Positions 12,249 to 25,748 of a DNA stretch of 64,000 nucleotides are shown in pieces. Location: positions 2,823,223 through 2,887,222 of the forward strand of contig OZ199839.1 of the NCBI GenBank assembly GCA_964304625.1, given 5' to 3'. The position numbers and the translations under genes are program-made. Positions within the stretch are counted from its first letter, which is position 1. The number at the start of each line of letters is the position of its first letter. The DNA comes from Kudoa neothunni. Taxonomy: Eukaryota; Animalia; Cnidaria. The notes below the pieces were generated by a model, which worked only from the letters and a program-made list of their open reading frames with translations, had not been told where the DNA came from and did not search any database.

Positions 12249-14218
12249 TCAAATGGAATGAGCAACATTCAATGGCATTTTCTAAATAAAGTTAAAATAA
12301 CCAACAACATAAAAATTCCAATACTCACCTTAATCATTACATAAAAAAATGAACTAAAATAATAAAAAATTATTCAATATTTATTCAAGTATTAAAATAC
12401 CCAAAAAGTATAAAGCAAAAAATTAGTCCAAACGTTATTTTAAGTCGTTTCATTAATAGATCTGAAAAATACACATAATATTTTTAATAATAGATAGAAT
12501 ATACATCGCGAGTAACCAACGTCCACGTCATCCTATAAATTAATTCATGTTAAACTAGTGATAATTAAAGTGAAATTAGTAGTACAATGTCAGAATCAAC
12601 ACGAGGGTCTTTTGGTTTAGTCTGGTCCCTAGAACACAACATAAAGTAATTGTTTCATTCAGGGTAATTTGTTACTCTTTGCACGTTCTGAAATCACAAT
12701 TTTTGATATTGTGTAAATCGCAACGCTATATTTTTGATAGTAGAGTAATTTAACTATAAACATAAATACCTGTTGGCTACCACAATCACATTCTTCACCT
12801 GGATCCAATATCGCGTTACCGCACATTGGTAAGGCGTTTTTCTCCTTGTTCTGTTGAAAAAATAAAACCAATAAAACTTGCTTATAAATTCAATTACAGA
12901 GTATATGCGTTTCAAATATGTAATATTGGTAATCATTTGATTGTTAAGATAATCAATCGAGCAATTGAAAAATGGTGGGGCGACATCATATGGCCTAAAT
13001 AATTTTCAACTAATACGATCATAAAAAATAATCGAATATTATTTTTATGAACTATTAAAAAATATGAAGATAAGGTATTAATAATCGTAATTAATTAGCA
13101 TTGATTATGGAATAAAATGATTTGTTTTTGTTTAAAGATGCTGAGACTTTTATTGGCGTTTCAGTATGCCGATCTGCAATATATTTGCGATAATGTACAA
13201 TCGAAAATCTTACCATGGAAATAAAACTAACTCCATGACACAATTTTTTGTTGGTGTATCACATTCGCAAGTCCCATCAGCAACCGTTTCAAGACCAATG
13301 GAATGACCTAACTGGAGAGCAATGTTGAGACCAAGAAATTTGTATTGGTAATCCATCATAACACCAGACTAAATGAATGAATGAATAAATAAATAAATGA
13401 TTAATAAATCAATTTATTTGGGGCATGTATTTAATATAGATAAATAATGTGAGAATAGCTACTTGGACAACAAGACTAGAGGAATCCCTTCGGTAGGCCC
13501 CACCAATGTACGCAAGACCCGTGTCGGTAACATTGTTTGTCGAATCGTCGGTCCATTCATAGTTACTTAATAAGATAACATAATTGCCAGAATTTTTAAA
13601 AACTATCATACACCATCAACATGTTCAGATTGGCTGATTCAATCCTCGGAATTGAGTCGATGTATTTTTGAAATTCTTTGATTGACTCAAGTGAATCGTT
13701 GGGAAGTTGGAATTTGTTTTGATTGGTCCATTTTATAATTTTAATAGGTTTTATGAATATATTGTGATTCGATAAAATCTAATAGAGGAGAATGTGCGAT
13801 CACGACCATTTTGATAACTTCTATTGAATTTAAGTTGTTTTACTTGAGATGCCCACAGAAAACTCTTTTCCAGAAATAGATCATTAAAACGAGGATCATC
13901 CAACTAATTATTTAAGATTTGTAAGTAAATTCATTAATAAATTGAATAATCACTAGCTCTTTGGTGAGATAGACAACTAGATTCAGTCGAATTGGCAAAA
14001 TGACCTTTTTAGGGTAAGGAAATTTGATAGAGTCTTGACTTTGTTCACCAGCCACAGCATCCAGCTAACATTCGATTTTATACACATAGTGTAATCATTA
14101 ATGTTACTTTTTGAACGACTAATCGATTCAACATTATCATAAAATAACATTGACCTATTTATAACAATTTAAAATTACTTATCAATGCCAGGAACGTAAA
14201 AATAATTTTTGGAACCAT
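12249..14218 (-). CDS. Miniature ADAM/reprolysin (M12B)-like type-I membrane protein, catalytically dead paralog
   Basis: Signal peptide MVPKIIFTFLALI, then IRLNLVVYLTKEL, TGLAYIGGAY, the zinc-motif position reading ALQLGHSIGLET (13285-13317), Met-turn CVM, CGNAILDPGEECDCGS, TM FGLIFCFILFGSFFYVMI and a short tail. About 15 small GT-AG exons. Confidence 0.85.
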
Positions 14219-15709
14219 GGAAACGAGGTTTTTTTAATAATCTTACTACCAGTTATTAAGAATATATTTAATGAGCTAACGAATGATTGATTCATTCAAA
14301 GATTTTTAGATTTATTATGATTACTAATTCAATGAATTTGATCGTTCAAATTTAAGCTATAGTCGTGCCTCGGTATTGCATAATTGATTAAGACCACCAG
14401 TTTACCACGCGATACTAAGTAATTTCATATTTTTTTATTCCTTAACCCATTAATAATTTTATACACTGTTTAAGATAATAATTTATATATTACTTAGCAG
14501 TATAAAAATTTGTGTATGGTTGAAAATTCTAGAGATACTAGGAAACTTCACAATTCTGAGTAGTGCAACATCGAGTTACAGATGTAATTAAATGTATTTT
14601 TATTAAATTAATTCTGATTAAATATTTTATAGTATATTTGAATAATATATAATAAAATAACAACGAATAAATCAAATTACGATGTTTATGAACGATAATT
14701 TGAAGTTTACTAAAATAAGAAGGACTTATGAAATTTAGCGGCGAAAAAAATTCTGTAACTAATTTAAATTTACCGTAATTGTTTTCAAATAAAGATATTT
14801 GTCAAAGAAATCTCATTCCAATTATTTTATTGCTAAAACTAAGGCGAGAAAAAAATTTGATTTATTACAAGTTCTAATTATTTATCTTATTTATTTTTTG
14901 TTTTCACCTGAAGGAAGCTACTTGCTTACTTGTTAGTGTAATTTTTAAAGAGTATAGGTATTCTTGTAGAACTAAATTTTCTGTCTAAGAATAAGTCTCT
15001 TTTGCAATTATTCACTCAAGAAGACTCAAGAAGGGGTGGGGGTACTAAAATAAATCGAAAAAAGCTGTCTAAATAATTTCCTTCCGACTGTTTTTCAAAA
15101 TTAATTGTCCGCCATCACATTCTTTTAGATGAGGGAAATTTCCTGCTGTCTCATAGAATTTAATGATTTACAAGGAGTGCTTTTACGTAATTTAACGATG
15201 AAACTTAATTAATTTGACTTACCTTAATGACCTATATAATAATTTAATTATACTAGAATCACCTTACGTCAATTTACAATAATATTATTAATGTTGCTTT
15301 TTAATTTTTCAAGATTCTTATTTTAATTTTTTTGTTTTAAATCAATCAACATAAATTTTGAAATTTGATCAAAAAATACTTCTTTTATGATATATTTGGA
15401 AAACAAGTAGCTGTGCAATATTTCGGGCTTTTCACATATTGAAATATAAAAAAATTTTAAATTTGTGCATAAGAGCGAAAAGATCAGTCGTTAATAATCT
15501 TCATTTTCAACTTTAACCTTCGAAGTAAAATGGATAGATTTCTACCCCATGTGAATTTTTGTCATATACCAAACAAGTTAATGTAAAAACACCTTCCATA
15601 TAAAATTATTTAAAATATTGATAAATGTCATTTTTAAAAATTTAAGGAAATTCTTTAGAGCAAATAATGAATAAATAAGAGAACACCATATATTTGGTGA
15701 AGCATGCCC

Positions 15710-16250
15710 AAAAGCGATGTAAGCATGTCATTCTCTCCCGGATACACCGATAACTCCTTATTCTTATATTATTGATTCAAAATATGATGACTCTCCTCAG
15801 TTTGCTTAGTTCTGCGTTGTAGGAAGTACTCAAATAAACACATGATATAATTATTTAACAGTTTAAAAAATTTTTATGTTTTAGAAATAGTTTTAAAAAC
15901 ATATATGATAACTTTTTTGTGAAATAAGCGCTGTTTGCCATCATGTTGTGTTTTTCTGCGCAGTATTACATCGGGTTGTTTACAATGGGATAAATTGATT
16001 GGCAACTGTTGTGAAAGTTGAATTCAATATTAAAACTACAACACGCACAAATACACCTATAAATACAATCGTACTCCAAAGAAACGTAACAACATTAATG
16101 ATAGCGCGTGTGCATAAATAATATAACTTTAATAATTGGTAATTTATTAAAAATTTCCCGGATAAATTTTCCACATATTTTGTCAGTCAATGCTGACTTT
16201 AATTTTAGACATTTTTATGTGGAGAGTGTAAATTTTTCAGCCACTTAGAT
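15710..16250 (-). mobile_element. Non-autonomous piggyBac-like repeat, copy 2
   Basis: Shares gatgtaagc.tgtcat.ctc, agtattacatc..gttgttt and gtgtaaatttttcagc.acttag with copy 1. Confidence 0.6.
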
Positions 16251-16551
16251 TTTGACGATATCAATATTTTCCAACTTAAAATGTATGGTATTAAATAACC
16301 TAAATTATCTGAATATTATAAATAATATTATCTTTTTAGTATTTTGCATAATCGAGCGTTCGAGATACCAATATATAAACATAATAGGAGATCGAATATT
16401 AGGTGGATGTTGAAATAACCTTTCTACCAAAATTTCTAAAATTTATTATTTTTAGAGATTTTTACCCTCATAGATAGCCCAACGAGTTTATAAATAAAGA
16501 GTATATCACAAAAATGAAAAATTGAATAATTATAGTAATATTGGTGAGGTT

Positions 16552-18530
16552 TCAAATGATCCCTTCCATTTTAAGGGAGTAAAAAACGTGTTGATAATTT
16601 TTTGAGACCTATGATACGTAAACCATAGCAAAATACACTAGAAGAATATTAAAACACATAGTGTTATGCTAGCTGAAAGATACCAGATCAATATGATGCC
16701 AGCTACCGAACCAACAGATATTTTTATCCGATTCAATAATATGTCTAAAGTTTAGCAAATAGCGAGTTGATTAATAGGAAATATATACATCTCGAAAATT
16801 CAGGGTCTTCGGTATCCTAAACATAAAACATAATTGCATATCAAATGATTTAATTGAAATAATTAGTACTATTTCAGAATCAACTCTAGGCTCCATTGGT
16901 TTAGTGGGGTCTCTATAATATACATAATAGATAATCGCCAAATGAAGAATATTTTTTACTTTTTACAAGTTTTATAGTCACAACTTTTAATTTGATACAT
17001 TTCACAACGCTAAATTTTTTAACAACAGAGTTAATCAATAATTTGTATGAGTACTTCTTTGCTTCCACAATCACACTCTTCCTTAGGATCTAGAATAGCG
17101 TTTCCACAAAGTGGTAACGCGCTCTGCGATTTATTCTACAGAATAAATCAACGTAATGTGTCATTCAGATTGGTATGATTACAGAGTTTATTCTTCGTAA
17201 CATTGTTATATTGTGTGTCATCATTTTATTGAGGAAATCAATAGAGCAATTATGAAATGGTGGTGCGGTTTCGTGGTTCCTAAAAATTATTTAATAAAAT
17301 CATTTTAATAAAATAAAATGATTATTGACGATTATAATTCTAAGTATAGACAATATTATAGAACATAAGTACCACCGAAAAATGCACTATATTATTCAAC
17401 CGACAGTAAACAATTTTCTTAAGAAACTGTATTCATAATTTATATTAAGTGGAATGTTTTCTAATATTTTGATGATGATTATGAAGTTGTGAAAGCGTAT
17501 TTAATATAATATACAGTCCAAAATCTTACCATACAAATAGAAGTGGCTCCATTATACAATGTTGGCCTGGTGTGTTACATTTACAAGCTCCATCCTCAAC
17601 ATGATTGAGTCCAACGGAATGTCCCACCTCGTGAGCAATGTTTAGGCCAAGTATTTTATAATCATCGCGTATTAAACTACCAGACTAAATAAATTATTAA
17701 TATATCAATTAATTAGACTGTGTATATTTGTAATCAAGAAATAATTTGAGAATCATTACCTGGACAACGAGGGTAGAGATATCTTTTTGGTATGCCCCAC
17801 CAACATAAGATATACCGGTTGTAGTTACATTCCCGGCTTCGACATCGGTCCAATTGTAATTTCTAAACAAAGTCAAGTCGATTTGTCAATCTTTATATAT
17901 CATCATACACCATTAACACATGTAGATTAGCTGTTTCAATGATTGGATGTGAATTAACATATTTCTGAAAACCAGTAATTGCTTCGGTTACATCTGAAGG
18001 AAGTTCGTAATCATTTTTCTTCTTCCATCTGATTATTTTTATGGGTTTAATGAATATATTATGATTTGATAGTATCTAAAAGAGAATAATTTTGTTTTGG
18101 AAAATAAGCGTTATTAAGTATTTGAGCGGATTTCCTCTGACACATGCTTATACCTGAGATGCCCACAGAAAACTCTTTTTAAAAAATTCATCATCAAATT
18201 TGGGATGCTCTAACTAGCAAATTATGGTTGATAAAAAGTTGAACAACTTTATTTATAATTTACCAATTCCTTGGTGATATATAAAACAACATTTAGTTTT
18301 ATTGACATGAATACTCTTTTGGGGCGAGGGAATTTTACAGGAGCCTTCTCAACCTTATTATCCACGGCATCCATCTAATAATCAAGTTTATTCACATAGT
18401 ATAATTATTTAAGAGACTTTTTGAGACACTATTTTTATACCAACGTTATTCGAATTAGTAATGAAATATTAAACAATTATTTCAAATAACCTATCAGCAT
18501 CAGAAATAAAAAAATATTGAATCCAATCAT
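16552..18530 (-). CDS. Miniature ADAM/reprolysin (M12B) zinc metalloprotease, catalytically competent paralog; 3' end approximate
   Basis: Signal peptide MIGFNIFLFLMLI, IKLNVVLYITKEL, TGISYVGG, intact AHEVGHSVGLNH (17601-17633), Met-turn CIM, CGNAILDPKEECDCGS and TM SVGSVAGIILICVFCYGL. Exon structure parallels 12249-14218. Confidence 0.88.
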
Positions 18531-18809
18531 TGAAACAGAATTTCGTTTATAATCCTACTATCAGTCGACGAATAAGACACACATTCATTGAATGAATCGA
18601 TGAATTATTTGAGTGTCTATTAAACTTATTGGTTATACAACAGGAAAGTTATAAAATTTAGTGGCTAAAAATATCTGAATAATATATTTATAGTTATATT
18701 TTTTAATCTACTCTAATTCATTTTATTATTTATCCTCATCGATGTTCTTAAAATTTTGTCGAAACTACACACATGCGATTTCATTTGAACAAACTAATGG
18801 ACACTTCCT

Positions 18810-19140
18810 TTAGTTCAACAATGAAAAATTGGGGAATTGATTTCCATTATTCAGTATCGTATGTCTGTCTGTCTGTCCATTGTTTCTAATGTTCATTTTA
18901 AATTTGCGAATGTTTAAACTTATATTACAATTGTACCATGTTTCGTCGCAAATAAGATTTATTGTGATTTTTGGGGCTGTTTTTAATATAAGGTCTACCT
19001 CGAAAAAAAACCTAGCGATATTTTTAGGGGGAATTTTAAATAAGACCTGGCATTGTTTCCGAATATCGTGATAGTGATTATTTGGCAGGACCTTGATTAA
19101 TAGTCTTCAGTTACAGGAGTAATAAATAGTTAAGTTTTCT
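18810..19140 (+). mobile_element. Possible DINE-1/HINE-like (Helentron-associated) repeat
   Basis: A (GTCT)n microsatellite near the 5' end of a non-coding, slightly more GC-rich block; termini not resolved. Confidence 0.3.
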
Positions 19141-19246
19141 ATAAATATAATAATAATTTTTTCTATAGAAAACCTAATCCATATTATTTCTTTGGGTAGT
19201 CACATAGGAGTATAATTTTATTGATTTTATGTCAGAAACATTAGAC

Positions 19247-19700
19247 CAATGTTTCCCAACCTTTCTTAGCCGTGATCCACGTTAATATCGTAAATGTTTA
19301 ATCGAATTTAACGTTAACAATTTTAATGTTTTAATAATATTTATATCCGATATTACATGTAATGAAAATATTATAATGATTGAAACCGTATCCAATATTG
19401 TATTAATCTCAGTGTAAAAATACAAATATTATACACTCGAAAAAAGTTGAAAACGGCTCTCAAAATTCATGGAGATAGAATTGATGAATTAGCTTCTGGT
19501 GGGAAGCATGCTTTGTTCAAAGAAAAATTGTTCGAATAAATTTCAATAGAAGAAACTGGGACTCTTATTGAATCTGATTAATTAGCTTCCAGTTCCCCAC
19601 GAAAAAAAATTGGAATAATGATTAAATTTTTTCATTATATGGACACAATATTTATTCTGTCAACCTCTAATCTGGTTAGGGGGTTATTCAGTTACGCTGG
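19247..19700 (+). mobile_element. hAT (Buster/Charlie-like) relic
   Basis: Terminus caatgtttcccaacctttc resembles Charlie/Buster TIRs. It is followed by decayed coding-like sequence (LKTALKIHGDRIDELAS). Confidence 0.4.
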
Positions 19701-20523
19701 TTGTAACTATGACGACCTCGGCCAAAATTATTCCTCCATAAACCTTGAAACGCAAATATTTCTAGAAGTGAATAAAATATTGAGTGGCAATCAAATGGTA
19801 AATAAAGTTTTTTCATTAAATTTATAATTTATCGTTAATCCTCTCTATTTTATCTTCCGTTGTTGTATTCAGTTTATGCAGCGGTTTGCATGTCAATATT
19901 TATTATTTAATGATTTAAAATGATAAGCAGAAAAAACATTTATTTAATTTTTTTAAATTTACACCGGATTATGTAGTTTAAATAAATTTTCGGGCCTACG
20001 TTGCATAAAGGGGTTCAAATTTTAGATGCTTTCAATAATGGTAAGGCTTGCCAACAAAATATTGAATTTCCCCTATGAGTTTTCAAGTATAATTGTTCAG
20101 AGCTTATACTCACTAATTAAATTTTATAACTCGAACTTTATATTAATGTTTAAAAATACGCTAAATTTCTTGTTACTTTTGTTTGCGACCGAAATAACTA
20201 ACAGAAAATTGTTATTCCGAGGTATAAATGATATCCAGTGGTGTAGGATTATCGCCAATAATTTTCTAATAATTGCAATAATCGATTTTGAAATGTTGCA
20301 ACTAAAATTAATTGATTGTTCATTAAATAATTGATTTTTAGGATAAAAATTAATTCATGACATCCCTGATCATAACTGACCGATTATTTACACTTCTAAA
20401 AACTTAGGCTCACTCAAATTTAACAAATTATTTCAAAAAATATAAAATAACATGAATGACAACAGACAACATGGAACTTTTTAAGACTATATTTAAACTA
20501 ATGTATTTAGTATCATATTGTAA

Positions 20524-20889
20524 CTAGGGCAGAAAATGCCCCTTCGTTCATGTACACGCACGATTTGTTTATCGTCACATGATTCGTTCCCAATTTTTAG
20601 GCATGAGTATTAATCCGCTTTCAACGCGAACTCAAACGAGCACATCAAAATTCATTGTTTTAGCGGCCGGATTACTCCCCAATACAAGCTATTTGTAGCA
20701 TTTTCCGCATGCGCTAACCTGATATTTGTGCTTATTTACATGGCGTAATGAAATTTGTGACCACAAATTATTACATAATACCAATTTTGGATTATAGTGA
20801 CTTTAAGGCTAAAACTATTGGCGCCAAGCGTGAGAGGACATCTCACTCACTCACTCACTCAAATCTTAAACTCTCGTCATATAATATGA
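20524..20889 (-). mobile_element. Non-autonomous Helitron-like element
   Basis: The minus strand starts with TC, has a (GAGT)n microsatellite near the 5' end, and ends in a GC hairpin gggca-ttttc-tgccc running into CTAG followed by T. Confidence 0.6.
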
Positions 20890-21148
20890 CCTAAACTGTT
20901 AATCACCAAATTATATTCAAAATAATTTAACAATTCACATTTCTATCATTAAATATTGTTGTCAATTAAAAACGGTTGAGTTAATTATACGCATTGTATA
21001 AAAATAATATTCTCCACTAATATATTTATTAGATTTGTAATAAAATAGTGATTATTATTTTAGACTTAAAACATACATTGTATAAATATAAATGAATAAT
21101 AAGTATAGAACGAGGATAAATTGTTGATGTATGCGCAGTCACGACAAA

Positions 21149-21822
21149 ATGATGATTCATTGCATTGTATTTGTTCTAGGTGGGCGATTACTAAAAAAGT
21201 TTTAACAATAAGTTTTTTAATTATTAGGTTTTATTCAGCTGACCTACAGTGAAAAATGTGTTAATGTGAAAGTGAAATGGGATATTGACACCAAAAAGTC
21301 CGAACTCAGAATATCAGATTCTGTATTCCATAATGTATACGTTACATTGGAGTGTGAGCAAGGGAAACCGGGAGTGAATGATCTGGCTTTTTCTTACAAA
21401 GAGAAGTTTTATAAATTCGCACATATTGGAGATGATAACACATTCTCGGTGAGTTATCGAGGCTTATTTACAAATATATTTGTTAACTAAAGATCTTAAC
21501 TATTTTAGTTGGTTATTAAAGATCCTATTGAAGACAGTTATCGAGTAAATAAAGCTAAACTCTATTTGGTATGGTTTGAATTCTATTTATTTGTGTTCTC
21601 ACTCCTATTTTTTTAGGCTGGATATGGGACACCCGTTTCCTCTACTACCCTATCTTATAACGATGTATCTTGTTAGATGTGTAAAAATCAACTCTAACCA
21701 ATTGTCAACTTTAGAAACATTATTTAAACGCTGTGCTGAGTATGATTGATAATGCTATTATTGTTGCGCTCGTCGGATTTTGGGTCTACGTGCAAAAAAC
21801 CTTTGTCAAGGCTATCTATTGA
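21149..21822 (+). CDS. Small type-I membrane protein with signal peptide; possibly a divergent translocon-associated protein beta (TRAP-beta)
   Basis: Five exons: MMIHCIVFVL|GFIQLTYSEKC..KFAHIGDDNTFS|LVIKDPIEDSYRVNKAKLYL|AGYGTPVS..|KHYL..AIIVALVGFWVYVQK..*. The gene model is clean. The TRAP-beta identity rests only on size, topology and weak beta-strand resemblance. Confidence 0.65.
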
Positions 21823-21997
21823 TAAATAATTTTTGCCGAAAAAATTCTTCGAAAAATTAATCGTTGTTCTCATATCACTATTAAATAGTAGACGGATTAT
21901 TTTTACATTTTTTGTTTTTCTTTCGCGTATACATCATATAATTCAATAAATACAACATGAATAGAAAACTATTTTTCCGTTCAACAATTGATTGTGT

Positions 21998-22774
21998 TTA
22001 CACAAGTCCATCCGCTATAGGATTAGAATGTATTTTTATGTTTTGGATTGTCATGGGCTTGAGGGGACGATTTGTATCGGTGTCGGTAGGACATCTCTCC
22101 ATTGCATCCAGTGTATTGAATCCATCTATCACTCTTCAAAATGGATATTATATTAGACATACATTTGGTGGAATAAAATTAAATTTGTCTAGACGAGTTA
22201 TTACTTCCCAAAAATGGTGTACTTCAAATTGAGATGGGATTGTTTCGAGTAGGTGATAAAAAATTGAGAGAGATTAGTGTTAGGACCACAATTTGCCATT
22301 GACACGATTCCACGGGCATTATGCTGAAAACCGAACATTAGTCAACAATAGCCAGCCGGAATAAAAATTTCCATGTACCTTTAAGGAGGGATTGAACTCA
22401 TCTGAAAAAGGTTTATTCCATATGGAATTTCCGCCATCACCCTTGTTGGTGGGGTCACCAGTTTGCACCATGAAGTTTTTGATGTTTCTATTGGTTGATT
22501 GGTCAGCCGACAAAAAAACCCAATTAACATCTTTACCTATGAAATTCACATCCATTATAGTAATCGCTGGCGCACAACGCCAAAAAATTCTAAAAAGTCA
22601 AATGGGAGTAAAATAAAATAGGCGCCTATTTAATGGGTGATCTACTTCGCATGCTTTAGGAACCAACTCGCAAAAAAGTTCTATTTTAATATCCCCCAAG
22701 TTCGTTTCTATGGTAACGGACTACGTAATTATAATTAAACCAGTGCCTTCAAAAAGCTAATTCTAACCAACCAT
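21998..22774 (-). CDS. PPIL3: Peptidyl-prolyl cis-trans isomerase-like 3 (cyclophilin)
   Basis: M|[25 protein letters not shown]|[18 protein letters not shown]|[19 protein letters not shown]..|[18 protein letters not shown]..|VIDGF..IHSNPIA*. The C-terminal IHxNP is typical of PPIL3. Confidence 0.93.
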
Positions 22775-23524
22775 CACAAAATATAGTTAAAGCAAGCTGT
22801 GGAGAAAATTCCAACTTCTCCTATACCTTCAGAATGTTGGCGAATCATCACGAGAATAAGCGTGTCGATATAAAGGCATTTATCTACACATGGCGGAGTC
22901 AAAATAATTAATGTAGAATTTTAACGGCATTCAATTATATTTTTGATACATTTCTATGAATATTGAGCGCGTATCGAAGAATTATTGAGTAGGTATTGGC
23001 TATTGCTATTGGCATTGATCCTGTATTCTATACCTTCTGTAGTGTTCTGTACACGAATCTTGCTTCTTCAACTAATTCCCATTATTAATATAAAATATTT
23101 AAATATGTGTTTTTATGTTAAAAAAATAAGGAGAGTTTAGAAAGTTTAACGGGAAAATGTGCGACATGGAATGCGAATACAATAGTGACACCATATAATG
23201 TATAATGTATAGTGTATAATGTGCTTCAATAGGGTGTAGTTGACGTTCATAAATTAGAATCTACCAAGTAGCAACAATTCCAACTTCTTTAGAGTATAGC
23301 TATCATAAAAATTAATTGAAGATTTTGTTTCTTTTTTGTTTACACAGTCGTTTTCTATGAATTCTATAAATTTTTAAGAATAATATTAAAAGGCATCATC
23401 ATTAATTCCGCGCCAAGTTGTTTACACTTATATGTGTAACATATCAATTCACTTTTAAAGGTTAAATCGCGCGCTTATATAGAACTGATGTTGATTATTT
23501 ACGATAATACCATAAAAGTGTAAC

Positions 23525-25748
23525 TTAACCCTACAAGCATGCCAAGAACGACTATACACCATACATCAAGCAGTTTTGGGATCCAGGAGGACTACAGATT
23601 TTTATTGCTTATTTTGATATGAAATATAATTGTATTGTTTTAAAAAGTTTTTTACCTGAGCAATAACGAAATAATCATAATTTACTTGTGTAACGATGAC
23701 AATCGATGTCTTCCGAACAGTTATTTATTAATTTAATGCGTTTAGATATTAATGAAATTATATTTTAATTTACTTTATGATCTTTACACAATATTATCTA
23801 GATACTAAAAGGATATTGGAATTTGCCAAAATTCTATTAACATCTGAAAATACCTATGTTTACTTGTAACAACATGATTCTGATTTTACCGATTCTTATA
23901 ATTTTTTATTAAAATTTTTTAAAAGGCTGTAAAATACAATATTATCTAACTGATATTCATGAAAAAATTTGGCACATCTACGGTTGCGAGCTCACATAGA
24001 GGCCAATCATTCATAACCAAATATGGATTAATAATCAAATAATTAATATATTCCTTAACTAAGCTAAAAAGTCTTGAATTTAATAATTAAAAATATTATA
24101 TGTAATTAAATAAATTAATAACTTTTAATGGTCATCTTCTGTTTCCGTTTGTAACAAATAATTCTCGAATGTTTGCTACAACGATGTTCGGAGCAATTAT
24201 AACATTTGTTCTTGGTTTTTATGTCGGAGAATCGAGCGCATAAAGTACACCTTTTTAGTAGTGGACGGGATAATAACTACCGTATCCACACACCTCTAGT
24301 TTTGTTATAATCGACAATAACTTGGGGATTTTTTGCCTAATCATGGCACAAATTAACATCGTTTGAGGACGTCACCATTAAAATGACCGCGTTGTCCTTT
24401 TTAGGAAAATTGAACTAAAAACTCCCTCTATTAATATGTTTTAATAATTAATGAGATATCCCGTTTTTAAGCCGGATGGTCTCCAAAAGAATTAAACCTA
24501 GGTTAAGATGTTTGTTTGCCAAAGGAATCGAAAAGGAAAAATTATCGCAAAAAATGTTTCTACTAGCCGTTTCACTGACACACTTAGTAATCTGGTCCTT
24601 GCTTCCTCCAACATAAACGAAATTATTAAATGTATAATTGGTATGAGGGTCCGTTAAAAGAAAAAAATTTAATGCCAAGAACCGCAACTTTGGGGTAATA
24701 TACTGCGTAAAGGGACACCTGCCTCTCAATGAAACCAACTGTTCATTAACCGTAAGATGAGCAGTGGGAATTAGACACATCGGCAAAATACTTTTCCACC
24801 CATTGAATACTTCGGTTGCCGGGAAAAACTTATCGACTTCTCATCGCAAACTCTTGTCTTGCAGTCATCAAAATGTATATTTCTGTTCATTTGGATAATT
24901 CTATAAAACAGCATGATTCTACGAAGTATATGATGGCCTTTATTCAAGCTCCACAATTTCTTAAGAGACTCCATTTTAGATTTAAAGATTGGCATATATT
25001 TAAGAATCCCTAAGTATGGTTTAAATTCCACTATATTTCGATTTTCCATTTTCATCCTAATGAAAAGCACCTAATTTGTTGATTTGAGTAATGGCAGAAT
25101 TGAAAAATTCATCATCCAAAAAATAGAAAATCTGTCCTATAAGTTGCAAATTGGGGATGTTACATATACAGTCAGACCTAGAGGTTTGTATAAGGTGTTT
25201 TCTTACTTGATTTTTGTATTTGAAGGCATAACTGAAGACCGTAGCACATTATTTTTGTCCCTATACGTGTTAGTGATACCATAATCATCTGAACTATCAT
25301 AATGATATGAAGAAAAACATTCTTCAATAATATCTTCAATTTCATTGCAATCAGAATCAAAACTTGTTAGAAAACCATCATATAACTCTTTCATTTCTGA
25401 TGGTCGGTAACAATCAACATCACTCGATCAGTATCGGAAATATAAACCTTGGTTTTCCTCAATATTTTATGGATGTAACCCTTCAAAATCATAATACTTT
25501 ATTTTTTATAATTTTATAAAAGTTTTTGTGAGATAAAAACGTGGGGTCCTCCTAGACCACAAAACTGCTTGGTGTAAGTATTTGATATAAAATCCCAGAA
25601 AACAAAATATTCCTAATTTTAAAATTAAATTATGAATATATAGAAACTTTTAAAAGAATAATGATTGGATACAGCCAATTTAAAATTTTCGGTGAGTAGG
25701 GAATTGAGACTAAATCCGCCTGGAGTCCAAAAATGATTGGAGAGTTAA
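23525..25748 (-). mobile_element. Decayed full-length piggyBac transposon
   Basis: TTAA|CCC left end and a degenerate GAG|TTAA right end. Subterminal inverted repeats lie at ~23560-23600 and ~25540-25580. The frameshifted transposase has TVNEQLVSLRGRCPFTQYI, FCDNF, YNKTRGVDT and a C-terminal Cys-rich domain. Confidence 0.9.
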
